DNA from: Candidatus Poribacteria bacterium
GTDB lineage: Bacteria > Poribacteria > WGA-4E > GCA-2687025
Length of the DNA stretch: 64,000 nucleotides
Reading direction: 5' to 3'
NCBI GenBank assembly: GCA_028818695.1
Contig: JAPPNK010000011.1
Coordinates: 72,572 to 136,571, forward strand
The notes under the pieces were generated by a model. The model had not been told where the DNA came from, ran no database searches, and was given only the letters and a program-made list of their open reading frames with translations. Of the stretch, positions 19,040 to 28,761 are shown piece after piece. Every line of letters begins with the position of its first letter. The stretch's first letter is position 1. A program made the translations under genes and the position numbers.

Positions 19040-20952
19040 CTTTTCGCCTCAATTTCTTCTCGCATTCGCTTGATCAATTCGGCCGGCGTCATGCTGCCAA
19101 GATTCTCCCCATGACGCGACCTTGCCGAAACCTGTCCGCTCTCCATCTCTCGTCCGCCCACCACCAACATATATGGAATCTTCGCCAGCTCCGCCTCCCT
19201 TATCTTATACCCTAATTTCTCTCGCCTCGCATCCGTCTCGACCCGAAGACCGTCCGCTTTCAGCTCCCGACAGACCGACTCGGCATACTCGGCATGCGCG
19301 TCCGCAATCGGCAAAACAACCGCCTGAACAGGCGCAAGCCACAACGGAAACGCCCCCGCGTAATGCTCTACCAACACTCCAAAAAACCGCTCCACCGACC
19401 CGAGCAGCGCCCGATGAACCATATACGGCCGCTGCGGCTGCCCATTCTCGCCGATGTAGGTTATATCAAACTGCTCAGGCAGGTTGAAATCAAACTGAAT
19501 CGTGGAGCATTGCCATGAACGCTGCAGCGTATCGCGTATTATGACATCAATCTTTGGTCCGTAAAAGGCGCCCCCGCCCTCATCGCGCTCATACGGCAGA
19601 CCCGTGTTACGGATAGCCGCTTCAAGCGCGTTTTGAGCCGCTTCCCACTGCTCAGGCTCCCCAACCGCCTTTTCGGGCCGGGTGGAAAGAAACACTTCAA
19701 AATCGTCAAAACCGAACGCTTCCAGCATGTCCAAACAAAAGCGGAGCGTCCGCTCAATCTCCTGCGGCATCTGCTCAGGTCGGCAGAACAGGTGCGCGTC
19801 GTCTTGGGTGAAGCTGCGAACGCGCATCATGCCATGAAGCGTCCCCGCCCGCTCGTAACGATACACCGCGCCAAGCTCGGCGAAACGCATCGGCAGATCG
19901 CGGTAGGAACGCAGCTTGCTTTTATAAATCAGAATATGGAACGGACAATTCATCGGCTTGATGAAGTACTCCTGTCCGTCCATATCCATCGGCGCGTACA
20001 TGTTTTCAGCGTAAAACTGAAGATGCCCGCTCGTTTCCCAGAGCGCTTTTTTCCCGATATGCGGCGTGTAAACGAAGTCGTATCCGCCGTCGAGATGCCG
20101 CTCCCGCCAATACTCCTCAATCAGATGCCGCGTCAGCGCGCCCTTCGGATGCCATAGAATCAGCCCGCCGCCGACGTCCGGATGCCCGCTGTATAAATCC
20201 AGCTGCGTTCCGAGCGTCCGGTGGTCTCTCCGCTCGCTCTCTTCCAAAACGCGCAGCCGTTCCTCCAGCTGCGATTTTTTTTCATATGAGACGCCGTAAA
20301 TGCGCTGCAACTGCTTGTTCTTTTCGTCTCCGCGCCAGTACGCCCCGCCGGAGCTGAGCAACTTGAAGTGGCGCACAAGACCTGTTCGGGGGATATGCGG
20401 ACCTCGGCACAGGTCGGTGAACTCCCCTTGCCGGTAAACCGACACCGCCTCGTCTTCCGGTATGTCGTCCAGCAGCGCGAGCTTATACGGCTCGTTCATC
20501 TCTTCAAAGAGCGCGCGCGCCTCCGCTCGATCCATTTCTATACGCTCGGTCGCATGGTTCTCCTGGGAGATCTTCGCCATTTCCCGTTCCAGCTCTTCAA
20601 GATGCTCCGGCTTGAACGGCTCCGTGTCAAAATCGTAGTAAAAGCCGTTTTCTATCGGCGGACCGATGGAGACCTTGGCGTCCGGCCGAAGCCGCAGTAC
20701 AGCCTGGGCAAGCATGTGCGCTGTCGTGTGCCAGTAGGTTTCTTGTCCAAGCGGGTCGTTGAAGGTGTGAAACTGAACGCGCGCGTCTTGCGTGAGGGGG
20801 GTTGAGAGGTCAACAGGGCGGCCGTCGATGGAAGCCAGCAGCGCTTCTTTAGCGAGCCTGCGGCTAATCTGGTTCGCCAGCTCTACGGCGGGGATGTTTT
20901 TCTCCACCTCTTTGACTGCTCCGTCGGGGAGCTCAATGCGAATCATAGACAT
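19036..20952 (-). CDS. thrS: Threonine--tRNA ligase
   Basis: TGS/editing/class II core (MIRIELPDG...; HRDLPMRFAE; GGAFYGPKID). Start taken at the ATG MSMIRIELPDG; the track's TTG at 21003 gives an extended N-terminus. Confidence 0.9.
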   Translation of the reverse strand: MSMIRIELPDGAVKEVEKNIPAVELANQISRRLAKEALLASIDGRPVDLSTPLTQDARVQFHTFNDPLGQETYWHTTAHMLAQAVLRLRPDAKVSIGPPIENGFYYDFDTEPFKPEHLEELEREMAKISQENHATERIEMDRAEARALFEEMNEPYKLALLDDIPEDEAVSVYRQGEFTDLCRGPHIPRTGLVRHFKLLSSGGAYWRGDEKNKQLQRIYGVSYEKKSQLEERLRVLEESERRDHRTLGTQLDLYSGHPDVGGGLILWHPKGALTRHLIEEYWRERHLDGGYDFVYTPHIGKKALWETSGHLQFYAENMYAPMDMDGQEYFIKPMNCPFHILIYKSKLRSYRDLPMRFAELGAVYRYERAGTLHGMMRVRSFTQDDAHLFCRPEQMPQEIERTLRFCLDMLEAFGFDDFEVFLSTRPEKAVGEPEQWEAAQNALEAAIRNTGLPYERDEGGGAFYGPKIDVIIRDTLQRSWQCSTIQFDFNLPEQFDITYIGENGQPQRPYMVHRALLGSVERFFGVLVEHYAGAFPLWLAPVQAVVLPIADAHAEYAESVCRELKADGLRVETDARREKLGYKIREAELAKIPYMLVVGGREMESGQVSARSRHGENLGSMTPAELIKRMREEIEAKR

Positions 20953-21102
20953 GAGCGCATACCATCTACTGGGGGCGCGTCCGTTAGAGAGAACGGTACA
21001 CAAAACGAATGCGCATCTGAAAATGGATCGTCGATCAAATGAGCGAGAGCGAACATATCATCACTAATCTGTCGATCGTACCTCGCTTTCGCGAACCGAA
21101 GC

Positions 21103-21179
21103 TGGTGGGCGGTAGTGGACTTGAACCACTGACCTCCTGCATGTCAAGCAGACGCTCTAGCCAGCTGAGCTAACCGCCC
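21103..21179 (-). tRNA. tRNA-Val (anticodon GAC)
   Basis: Hand-folded cloverleaf GGGCGGT..GCTCAGCTGG..TCTGCTTGACATGCAGA..GGTTCAAGTCC..ACCGCCCA with encoded CCA. Anticodon loop TTGACAT. Confidence 0.8.
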
Positions 21180-21184
21180 AAATA

Positions 21185-21259
21185 TGGAGGCGACGGTCGG
21201 ACTCGAACCGACGAATAGGAGATTTGCAGTCTCCCGCCTTACCGCTTGGCTACGTCGCC
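21185..21259 (-). tRNA. tRNA-Cys (anticodon GCA)
   Basis: GGCGACGTAGCCAAGCGGTAAGGCGGGAGACTGCAAATCTCC...GGTTCGAGTCCGACCGTCGCCTCCA, anticodon loop CTGCAAA. Confidence 0.8.
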
Positions 21260-21278
21260 GTGAACCGGCAAAGAAAGT

Positions 21279-21353
21279 TGGGGCGGGCGACGCGATTTGA
21301 ACGCGCGACTTCAACCTTGGCAAGGTTGTGCTCTACCCCTGAGCTACGCCCGC
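21279..21353 (-). tRNA. tRNA-Gly (anticodon GCC)
   Basis: GCGGGCGTAGCTCAGGGGTAGAGCACAACCTTGCCAAGGTTG...GTTCAAATCGCGTCGCCCGCCCCA, anticodon loop TTGCCAA. Confidence 0.8.
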
Positions 21354-21396
21354 ACCTGATCAGAACGCGATGCTCGGATCGTCGTTCAGTGTGGGA

Positions 21397-21425
21397 ATCA
21401 TACACCAAGCGGGAATCGGTGTCAA
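21397..21425 (-). promoter_or_regulatory. Consensus sigma70 promoter for the tRNA-Gly-Cys-Val operon (TTGACA-17-TATGAT)
   Basis: On the minus strand: TTGACA (21425-21420), 17-nt spacer, TATGAT (21402-21397). An A-rich stretch lies upstream. The predicted start site is about 35 nt ahead of the tRNA-Gly 5' end. Confidence 0.65.
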
Positions 21426-21555
21426 CTAAAAAACCCTTTTCTCTGCTCCGCAACGCCGTTCAACCGAAAAAACTGCGTTCAGCGGCTCCGACAACGCCCG
21501 TTTCATGACGCCGACTTTCCAGCAGAATGCAAGCGGGGCGGCGAAACCTATTCGC

Positions 21556-22005
21556 TCAAATCATCGCCTGAACGCCCGCCAATTCAGCCCGTTCCTCCAA
21601 ATCGGGCGGAATGGAACGGCCGGCAACCGCCGCAATGACGGGACTCCCATACAAGACGCCCAGTACGGCAGCCGATTCTTTTGCCCGGTCAATGTCTTCC
21701 GACCCGACCGTGTAAGAGGCTTCCAGCGCGATCCATATCTCAGAGCCGTTTTGCTGCCGCCGCGCCCGCAGGATATAGTCGGTCTGCTCAATTCGAACAT
21801 ATTGCTGATTGGAAATGCGCCCTTCGCTGAGCGCCTCGTCAATCGTGCCGCGCATGTCTTCATTCATTACATCTACGCAGCTGGTCATCACTCTTGCCCT
21901 GCGCAGCCCGAATCGTTGTGAAGCGATCGATATGATGGACCGAGCCAGCAAAAATTCTAGAAAGATGTCTTTCAAATCGCCCGTGTCGATGCTAACTTGC
22001 TTCAT
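21556..22005 (-). CDS. Hypothetical protein (149 aa)
   Basis: Ordinary amino-acid composition, unlike the Arg-rich antisense ORFs. No recognisable domain. Confidence 0.4.
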   Translation of the reverse strand: MKQVSIDTGDLKDIFLEFLLARSIISIASQRFGLRRARVMTSCVDVMNEDMRGTIDEALSEGRISNQQYVRIEQTDYILRARRQQNGSEIWIALEASYTVGSEDIDRAKESAAVLGVLYGSPVIAAVAGRSIPPDLEERAELAGVQAMI

Positions 22006-22118
22006 CTGCGCCTTGATCTCCGCAATGTCCGTCCATAAAGATTGGCGTAGAAAAGCGTCCGTATTTACATGATACAGCGGCTAGACGCATTCGTAAAGCG
22101 TCAGCCTTGTCCAGCGCC

Positions 22119-23552
22119 TTAGACAAGTATCTCGTTCACGACCCGCCCATGAACGTCGGTCAACCTGAAATCGCGTCCTTGGAAGCGGTACACCAGCTTT
22201 TCATGGTTGATCCCGAACAGATGCAGCATCGTCGCATGAAAATCATGCACATGTACAACGTCCTTCACCGCGTTGTATCCGAGCTCGTCCGTTCCGCCGT
22301 AGGAAACGCCCCCTTGAACGCCTCCGCCCGCCATCCACATGGAGAAACCCTTGATGTGGTGGTCGCGCCCAGAGCCTTGCGCCATCGGCGTCCGTCCAAA
22401 TTCGCCGCCCCAGACAACCAACGTGTCCTCCAGCATCCCGCGCTGCTTCAGATCGTTCACCAACGCCGCAGACGCTTTGTCGACCAGCTTCGCCGAAGTC
22501 AAGATGCCCTGCTTGATGCCCCCATGATGGTCCCATCCGCGGTGGTAAAGCTGAATAAACCGCACCCCCCGCTCCGCCAGACGACGCGCAAACAGGCAAT
22601 TGGACGCAAACGACCCGTCCCCAGGCTTCGCCCCGTACATGTCCAGTACATGCTGCGGCTCATCCGACATGTCCATCAGCTCCGGGACGCTTGTCTGCAT
22701 GCGAAACGCCATCTCATACTGCTGAATGCGCGCCGCGATAGACGGATCGTCCACCGCGTCCCCAAGCATGGAGTTCAACCGCTGCGACGCCTCGACGATG
22801 TCGCCCTGGCGCTCAATTCCGACGCCGTTCGGACTGTTCACATAATGCACAGGGTCGCCCGTCGAGTTCAGTTGAACGCCCTGGAACTGCCCCGGCAAAA
22901 AGCCGCTGTGCCACTGGCGCGTCGCGATCGGCTGATCCTGCCCTCCGCCCGCCGAGATCAACACAACAAAGCCTGGCAGATTCTCCGACTCGCTGCCCAG
23001 CCCGTAGAGCAGCCACGAACCCATGCTCGGACGCCCCGCGATCACTGAGCCGGTGTTCATGAACGTATGCGCGGGGTCATGGTTGATCTGCTCCGTCACC
23101 ATTGAGCGCACGATGCAGATGTCGTCGGCGATCTGCGCGATATGCGGGAAGGCGTCGCTAATCTGCTGCCCGGACTCGCCATGCCGCTGGAAGCCATGCT
23201 GCGGCGCCAAGCAGGTCAAAGCCCGCCCTTGAAGCTGCGCAATCGGCTGCCCCTTCGTGAACGACTCCGGCATGGGCTGCCCGTTCATTTCGCCCAGCTT
23301 CGGCTTGTAGTCGTATGTCTCAAGGTGGGACGGGCCGCCCGCCATGCAGAGATGAATGATTCGTTTCGCCTTCGGAGCCACATGCGGCTCTGTGACGACG
23401 CCGCGCCAGCGCTCCGCCGTTGGCGCCCCCTGCGCCGCCGAATCGGGCAGAAGAAGCGAGCCGAGCGCCAGCGAACCCATCCCGGTCAAGGTGCGCCCCA
23501 AAAATGTCCTGCGCGTCAAAGAATCTCGAAGCCGCTTGTCCAGTTTCTGCAT
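22119..23552 (-). CDS. DUF1501 family protein (sulfatase-like, TAT signal)
   Basis: Twin-arginine motif RRTFLGRTL at the N-terminus. Canonical partner of a DUF1549/DUF1553 protein in Planctomycetes/Verrucomicrobia. Confidence 0.8.
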   Translation of the reverse strand: MQKLDKRLRDSLTRRTFLGRTLTGMGSLALGSLLLPDSAAQGAPTAERWRGVVTEPHVAPKAKRIIHLCMAGGPSHLETYDYKPKLGEMNGQPMPESFTKGQPIAQLQGRALTCLAPQHGFQRHGESGQQISDAFPHIAQIADDICIVRSMVTEQINHDPAHTFMNTGSVIAGRPSMGSWLLYGLGSESENLPGFVVLISAGGGQDQPIATRQWHSGFLPGQFQGVQLNSTGDPVHYVNSPNGVGIERQGDIVEASQRLNSMLGDAVDDPSIAARIQQYEMAFRMQTSVPELMDMSDEPQHVLDMYGAKPGDGSFASNCLFARRLAERGVRFIQLYHRGWDHHGGIKQGILTSAKLVDKASAALVNDLKQRGMLEDTLVVWGGEFGRTPMAQGSGRDHHIKGFSMWMAGGGVQGGVSYGGTDELGYNAVKDVVHVHDFHATMLHLFGINHEKLVYRFQGRDFRLTDVHGRVVNEILV

Positions 23553-23553
23553 C

Positions 23554-26500
23554 TCAGTACCTCATGATCGTTTCATGTAAATTCAACAACACCCGCGCAA
23601 CCGACGTCCAAGCCGCCAGCTCAACAACGTCCAAACCTTCAGGCGCGCCGGACGCCCCGATCGACGCCAGCGCCGCCGCCCCCTCCGCGTCTTCAGCATA
23701 CGACGCCGCATGCTTCGCGTAAAGCGACGACATCGTCTCCATCTCTTCAGCAGTCGGAGCGCGGGAAAGCGCCTGACGGTACGCCCACTTGATGCGGTCG
23801 TTCGGCGTCTCCGCCTCATAACGCATGATGCGCGCCGCAAACCCTTTCGCCGCCTCCACATAGGTCGGGTCGTTTAGAAGAACCAGAGCCTGCGTCGGCG
23901 TGTTGGAGCGGGAACGCTGCGCCGCGCATTCCTGACGGCTCGGAGCGTCGAACGCCGTCATGCTCGGATGCGGAAAGGTGCGCTGCCAGTGGGTGTACAG
24001 CCCGCGCCGATACTGATTCTCATCTTTGTCATGCGCATAGGCGCGTTTTGGAAAATTCAGGTTGGAGTAGTACCCTTTCGGCTGATACGGCCGCGCGCTC
24101 GGTCCGCCGATTTTGGTCGACAACAAGCCGCTCAGGAAAAGCGCGTTGTCGCGTATCATCTCCGCGTCCAATCGGCGCGCCGATTGACGCGCGAGCAGGC
24201 GGTTGTAAGGGTCTCTCTCGCGCAGCGCCTCCGCTTGGCGCGACGACTGCCGATACGCGCTGGAGGTTGCAATCAGCCGAACCATATGTTTCACATTCCA
24301 GCCGCTGTCCATGAATTCAACGGCGAGCCAGTCGAGCAGCTCAGCGTTGACGGGCGGTTCTCCCTGCGCGCCGAGATCGTCCAGAACGCGCGACAGCCCC
24401 TCGCCGAAGAAGACCGCCCAGAGGCGGTTCACAAACGCGCGCGCCGTCATCGGATTGTTGCGCGCCACAAGCCAGTTTGCCAGGTCCAAGCGCGTCGCCC
24501 GACGCAGATTGACCCCCCGCATCGCCGGCAAAAACGTCGGCGTGTTCGGATACACCACCTCGCCGGTGTCGTCCTGCCAGTCGCCGCGGTTCAGGATGCG
24601 CATAATGCGCGGCGGTCCCGAAACGGTCGTGATGCAAAACGCGATATCCTTCGACACTTCGGCGCGCCGCTTGCGCAGCGTATCCAGCTCCGAACGAATG
24701 AGCGACAGCTCAGGAGCAATGGAACGGTAGTAAGCGTCCAACGTCTCCTCCTGCGCCGCTGTGCGAACGGCGACCGGAGCCGATAGCGCCCTTACCGCAT
24801 TGTCCGAAATGCCTTGACGGGCAATCTGCCCCTCGGTCGTCTGAACGCCGGCCTCGTCCCAATACGCCGTTCCGCCAAACTGCGTGAACGCCATCCCGTT
24901 CACCTCAACGCCGGGCTTCAATCCGACCGCTTCGGCCGGCGCTTCCAGACGAACCCACTCGCCGAGAGCCGGCAACGCTCCCATAGCCCGATGCGCAGGC
25001 GTGTCGGTTCCAATCCCGCCGTATTCGATCACATCCTCGCCCCAAAAAGCGCGGCTCTCCCAGCCCTTCGTGTGGAACTGAAGCATCACGGCGGACGGCG
25101 GATTTTCTGGATCCAGCCATATATAAACGTAAAACAAGTCGCCCTTGCCGACCTTCACTTTGCGAGACGCCTCTTTGAAGAGATGCTGCGTCAGCTGTCC
25201 GTCGTTTGCTGTTTGCTTCCAGGAGCTTTTACCGCGGAACACAGGTCCCTGGTCAGCGTTGACCGCTTCCCATTTGCCTTCCTCCTTGCCGCCGGGTCCC
25301 TGCGGCGCAACGCGCTCATCGTCTATCCAGACCCAGTCCATGCGCTTGTCGGAGGCGAGGCGGGCGCTTGTTTCCGCCTCCCATTCAGCTCGCTGCGCCA
25401 ACAGTTCAGGTCGATCCTCGTCGTACAGCTCTTGAAAACGCTGGATCTCCGCGTCGATTTCCGTCAGGGCCTTCGTCTGCTCCTCCGTCGGCAGCTCTAT
25501 GATCGGCTCCCATTTGCTGCGCCCTTGATACACGCCGCGCTCTTCAATGTCCGCAAAGAACGCCGCGAAGCTGTAAAAATCCTTCGCGGTGTACGGATCA
25601 AATTTATGGTCATGGCACTGAGCGCAGCCGACGGTCGCGCCCATCCATACGGTCGACACGGCGCGAACGCGGTCCGCCGCATAGATTGCATGATACTCCT
25701 TCGCCTGCGCGCCGCCTTCTGCCGTCGTCTGATTCAGGCGGTTGAACGCGGACGCAACGCGCTGCTCAACCGTCGCGTTCGGCAACAGGTCGCCCGCCAA
25801 GTTTTCCCGCGTGAAGCGGTCATACGGCATGTTCTCGTTGAACGCGCGAATCACATAGTCGCGGTAGGGCCAGATGTTCACATTTTCGTCCGAATGGTAG
25901 CCCGACGTGTCCGCATACCGCACAAGGTCAAGCCAGTGCGTCGCCATCCGCTCGCCGTAGGCGGGCTTGCTCATGAGCCGGTCAACCAGCGCCTCGTAGG
26001 CGTTCGGGCGCGCGTCGTTCATATAAGCGTCCGTCTCCTCCGGCGTCGGCGGAAGACCCGTCAGATCGAACGCGAGGCGGCGAATCAGCGCGCGCTTGTC
26101 CGCCTCTGGGGACGGCTGAAGCCCCTCCGCCTCCAGACGCGCCAAGACGAACCGATCAATCGGATTGGACGGCCAGCTCGCGTTTTGAACCTGCGGCTGC
26201 GCGGACCGCTTTGGCGGAACATACGCCCAATGCTCCTCCCAAACAGCTCCCTGACGCACCCATTCCGTCAGCGTTTCGATCTGCTCAGGCGCGATCGGGC
26301 GGGGCGCATGCGGCGGGGGCATGCGGAAGTCAGGATCGGAGCTCCTGATCCGTTGAATGAGAACGCTGTTGTCAGGGTCGCCGGGGAGAATGACCGAGTA
26401 GCCGTTCGTTTCGGCGAAAGCGCCTTCCTTTGTGTCTAGACGCAGCCCCGCCATCCGCTGATTCGCGTCGGGGCCGTGGCATGCGTAGCATTTATCCGAA

Positions 26501-26613
26501 AGAATCGGGCGAACGTCGTTGATAAAACTAACGGGGTCGGTTTCCGCCGCTGTGAGAACGCGCGGCGCGATACAACACGCAGCCAATACAAAAAACGCCA
26601 ATCTATGCTTCAT
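23554..26613 (-). CDS. PSCyt1/DUF1549/DUF1553 (PSD1) planctomycete cytochrome-C-domain protein
   Basis: Signal peptide, CYACHGPD haem-binding-like motif, 1019 aa. Immediately upstream of the DUF1501 gene with a 1-nt gap. Confidence 0.8.
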   Translation of the reverse strand: MKHRLAFFVLAACCIAPRVLTAAETDPVSFINDVRPILSDKCYACHGPDANQRMAGLRLDTKEGAFAETNGYSVILPGDPDNSVLIQRIRSSDPDFRMPPPHAPRPIAPEQIETLTEWVRQGAVWEEHWAYVPPKRSAQPQVQNASWPSNPIDRFVLARLEAEGLQPSPEADKRALIRRLAFDLTGLPPTPEETDAYMNDARPNAYEALVDRLMSKPAYGERMATHWLDLVRYADTSGYHSDENVNIWPYRDYVIRAFNENMPYDRFTRENLAGDLLPNATVEQRVASAFNRLNQTTAEGGAQAKEYHAIYAADRVRAVSTVWMGATVGCAQCHDHKFDPYTAKDFYSFAAFFADIEERGVYQGRSKWEPIIELPTEEQTKALTEIDAEIQRFQELYDEDRPELLAQRAEWEAETSARLASDKRMDWVWIDDERVAPQGPGGKEEGKWEAVNADQGPVFRGKSSWKQTANDGQLTQHLFKEASRKVKVGKGDLFYVYIWLDPENPPSAVMLQFHTKGWESRAFWGEDVIEYGGIGTDTPAHRAMGALPALGEWVRLEAPAEAVGLKPGVEVNGMAFTQFGGTAYWDEAGVQTTEGQIARQGISDNAVRALSAPVAVRTAAQEETLDAYYRSIAPELSLIRSELDTLRKRRAEVSKDIAFCITTVSGPPRIMRILNRGDWQDDTGEVVYPNTPTFLPAMRGVNLRRATRLDLANWLVARNNPMTARAFVNRLWAVFFGEGLSRVLDDLGAQGEPPVNAELLDWLAVEFMDSGWNVKHMVRLIATSSAYRQSSRQAEALRERDPYNRLLARQSARRLDAEMIRDNALFLSGLLSTKIGGPSARPYQPKGYYSNLNFPKRAYAHDKDENQYRRGLYTHWQRTFPHPSMTAFDAPSRQECAAQRSRSNTPTQALVLLNDPTYVEAAKGFAARIMRYEAETPNDRIKWAYRQALSRAPTAEEMETMSSLYAKHAASYAEDAEGAAALASIGASGAPEGLDVVELAAWTSVARVLLNLHETIMRY

Positions 26614-26819
26614 CGCCGCCTACCTGAGTGAGTCCTGTCCGAATGATGAGACGATGCGCTGATTTTAAAGAAAAACCGAATGAAAGGCAAGCGCTGGGCG
26701 ATAAACATGATTCTTGGTTGAGACATGGCGTCAGGTTAAAGCGGACAGCCTTTGCTAGACTTCAGGGTTTATCTTAAGCGGGAACGATGGAACAGCGCGG
26801 ACGGGAGAACGGGCGAGGC

Positions 26820-27842
26820 TTACCGCCTAGAGCGCCGATTGTCGCTATGGTTGATAAGATACGGGAACGGGTCAATTCGAACGCCGTTTCTCAAAATCTC
26901 ATAATGAAGATGGTCGCCTGTGGAACGGCCTGTGTTCCCAACATACCCGATCACCTGATTCCGTTTCACCTTGGACCCGACCTTTAAACCGTCCGCAAAC
27001 GGCTTGTTGCCGTTCAAATGGCCGTATACGGTGGAATAAGAGCCGCTGTGGCGAATGACGACGTAGTTGCCGAGACCCTTGCGGCTTCCTCGCGGCGCGA
27101 CATGCATCTTCCGAATGACGCCATGCGCAGCCGCGATGACAGGCGTGCCGCCCGCCGTCGCTAGATCAATCCCAGCGTGATGCTCATAAAGGTCGGTGAT
27201 GGGGCTGACGCGCCGCCCAAAGACGGATGAAATCATATACCGCCCGCCTTGATTCATATCAAGCGGAACGACGCTCGGCGTCGCCTTCAACACATCCAAT
27301 TTGGAGCGCGTCATCTTCTCTAAGCCATGCAGCCCGCCGCGCAGCTGGTCAGCCCATTCAAACATCCACACAATCTGTCCATCGATCTCTTCAGGCGGAG
27401 CCGACAGACCGGTCTTGGACGGTTCAGGAACCGTATCAATCTCCGCATTTTCAATGTCGTCGGTTGAAGCAGGCCCATCCTCCATGGAGCCGCCGCCCAG
27501 CGGCAATCCGCCGCCTCCAACCGCCGGCCCCTCGGTCATCGGCAAGCCAAGCACCTGCTCAACATCGTTCAGCACCTGCTGTATAGAATCGAGCTCTTTC
27601 CGCATGTTGTCGTAGTTTCCGCTCATCGCGGCATTCTCTTCTAACAGAAGCGCGTTCTGCTCCTGTATCTCGCGCGTGTCGCTGTACAAACCAAACACAT
27701 ACGAGGCCGCCATGACCGCGCCCCCGAACGCGCATGCCAATAGCAGCCCAACGCCCCAAAGTTGCCACGCGCTCAACGAAAACTTACGCGCGCGGCGAGA
27801 ACCTGTCGATGTCAAAAGAACGGTGAACGATTTACCGGTCAC
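26820..27842 (-). CDS. M23 family metallopeptidase with N-terminal coiled coil (EnvC/NlpD-like)
   Basis: C-terminal HAGIDLA...GNTGRSTGDHLHYE M23 motifs. N-terminal TM segment plus coiled coil. Confidence 0.85.
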   Translation of the reverse strand: MTGKSFTVLLTSTGSRRARKFSLSAWQLWGVGLLLACAFGGAVMAASYVFGLYSDTREIQEQNALLLEENAAMSGNYDNMRKELDSIQQVLNDVEQVLGLPMTEGPAVGGGGLPLGGGSMEDGPASTDDIENAEIDTVPEPSKTGLSAPPEEIDGQIVWMFEWADQLRGGLHGLEKMTRSKLDVLKATPSVVPLDMNQGGRYMISSVFGRRVSPITDLYEHHAGIDLATAGGTPVIAAAHGVIRKMHVAPRGSRKGLGNYVVIRHSGSYSTVYGHLNGNKPFADGLKVGSKVKRNQVIGYVGNTGRSTGDHLHYEILRNGVRIDPFPYLINHSDNRRSRR

Positions 27843-28154
27843 GGCGACCTCTATTCCTGTCTATCGAAATGCCTTCAACAGCGTACGCCACCCGTATACC
27901 TTTATTTTATCCAAACCGCCTGTTTTAATGCAACCTCTTCTAGTGAAAAACACGCTCCGCCAGCCTTGATCCTTGAGTTGGGCGTCTGAACGGACGAGAT
28001 ATTTTACATTTTAGGAACGGCGCTGTCTGCCGGATCGCCGCGTTCGTCCGCCGACATGTCTCAACTCAACGGCAACATCCGAAATTCAGCCTTTACTTTC
28101 ATGCTCAAAAGACGCATGATTCCAACCGCTAACGTCAACGACGAAAGACGCAAC

Positions 28155-28637
28155 ATGAATCTCGACCATCTGCGACCGCGATCCCAAGCCCGCTACTATG
28201 CGTTTGTCGCGCTCTACCAATTTTCTGCCCTCCATGAAAAGCCCGAAGCGCTGCTGAAACGAATATGGCTCACCGAGGACGGACAGAGCGTCAGCGAGCA
28301 TGTGCGGGAGTTTGCCGAAAAATTGGCGGCGGTTGCGTCCATGCGTCTGCCGAACATTGATCGGATCTTGGAGAAAACCGCGCCCCAAAGGGAGCTCCAC
28401 CGCATACCGCTTGTCGATCTTGCGCTGCTTCGACTCGGAGCCGCGGAGCTTTTATACATCGCGGATGTGCCGGCGGCGGTCGCTATCAACGAGATGGTGG
28501 AACTGGCAAAGCGGTACAGCGGGGAAAAATCGAGCGCTTTTATCAACGCGGCACTGCACAAAATACAGTTTGAACGAGCCGCCATCCCGCCATGCGAACT
28601 CATCGTAAGCGGATGGAATATGCCCGCCTCAGAATAA
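28155..28637 (+). CDS. nusB: Transcription antitermination factor NusB
   Basis: SQARYYAFVALYQ...NEMVELAKRY NusB signature. Start chosen at the internal ATG giving about 160 aa; the upstream extension is optional. Confidence 0.75.
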   Translation: MNLDHLRPRSQARYYAFVALYQFSALHEKPEALLKRIWLTEDGQSVSEHVREFAEKLAAVASMRLPNIDRILEKTAPQRELHRIPLVDLALLRLGAAELLYIADVPAAVAINEMVELAKRYSGEKSSAFINAALHKIQFERAAIPPCELIVSGWNMPASE

Positions 28638-28761
28638 CCCACGCGCCTGTCCTATTGTCTTAAAACGCCTGCACTCTTTTTAGTAACGCAGCAGACAGCT
28701 GTCGAGTTTCAGGTTTTATCCGCTTGCGCCGCTTATCCAGAAACCCGCATTGCCACGGCGT

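Noticed and set aside
24814-26439. 541-aa plus-strand ORF, and similar long ORFs 518-1423(-), 22107-23048(+), 23968-24786(+), 49001-50263(+), 51014-52000(+), 52213-53853(+), 55334-56239(+), 53751-54575(+)
   Set aside because: All are Arg/Pro/His-rich antisense shadows of strongly supported genes (PSD protein, DUF1501, metH, yitJ-like, hisA, cdsA). High GC keeps antisense frames open.
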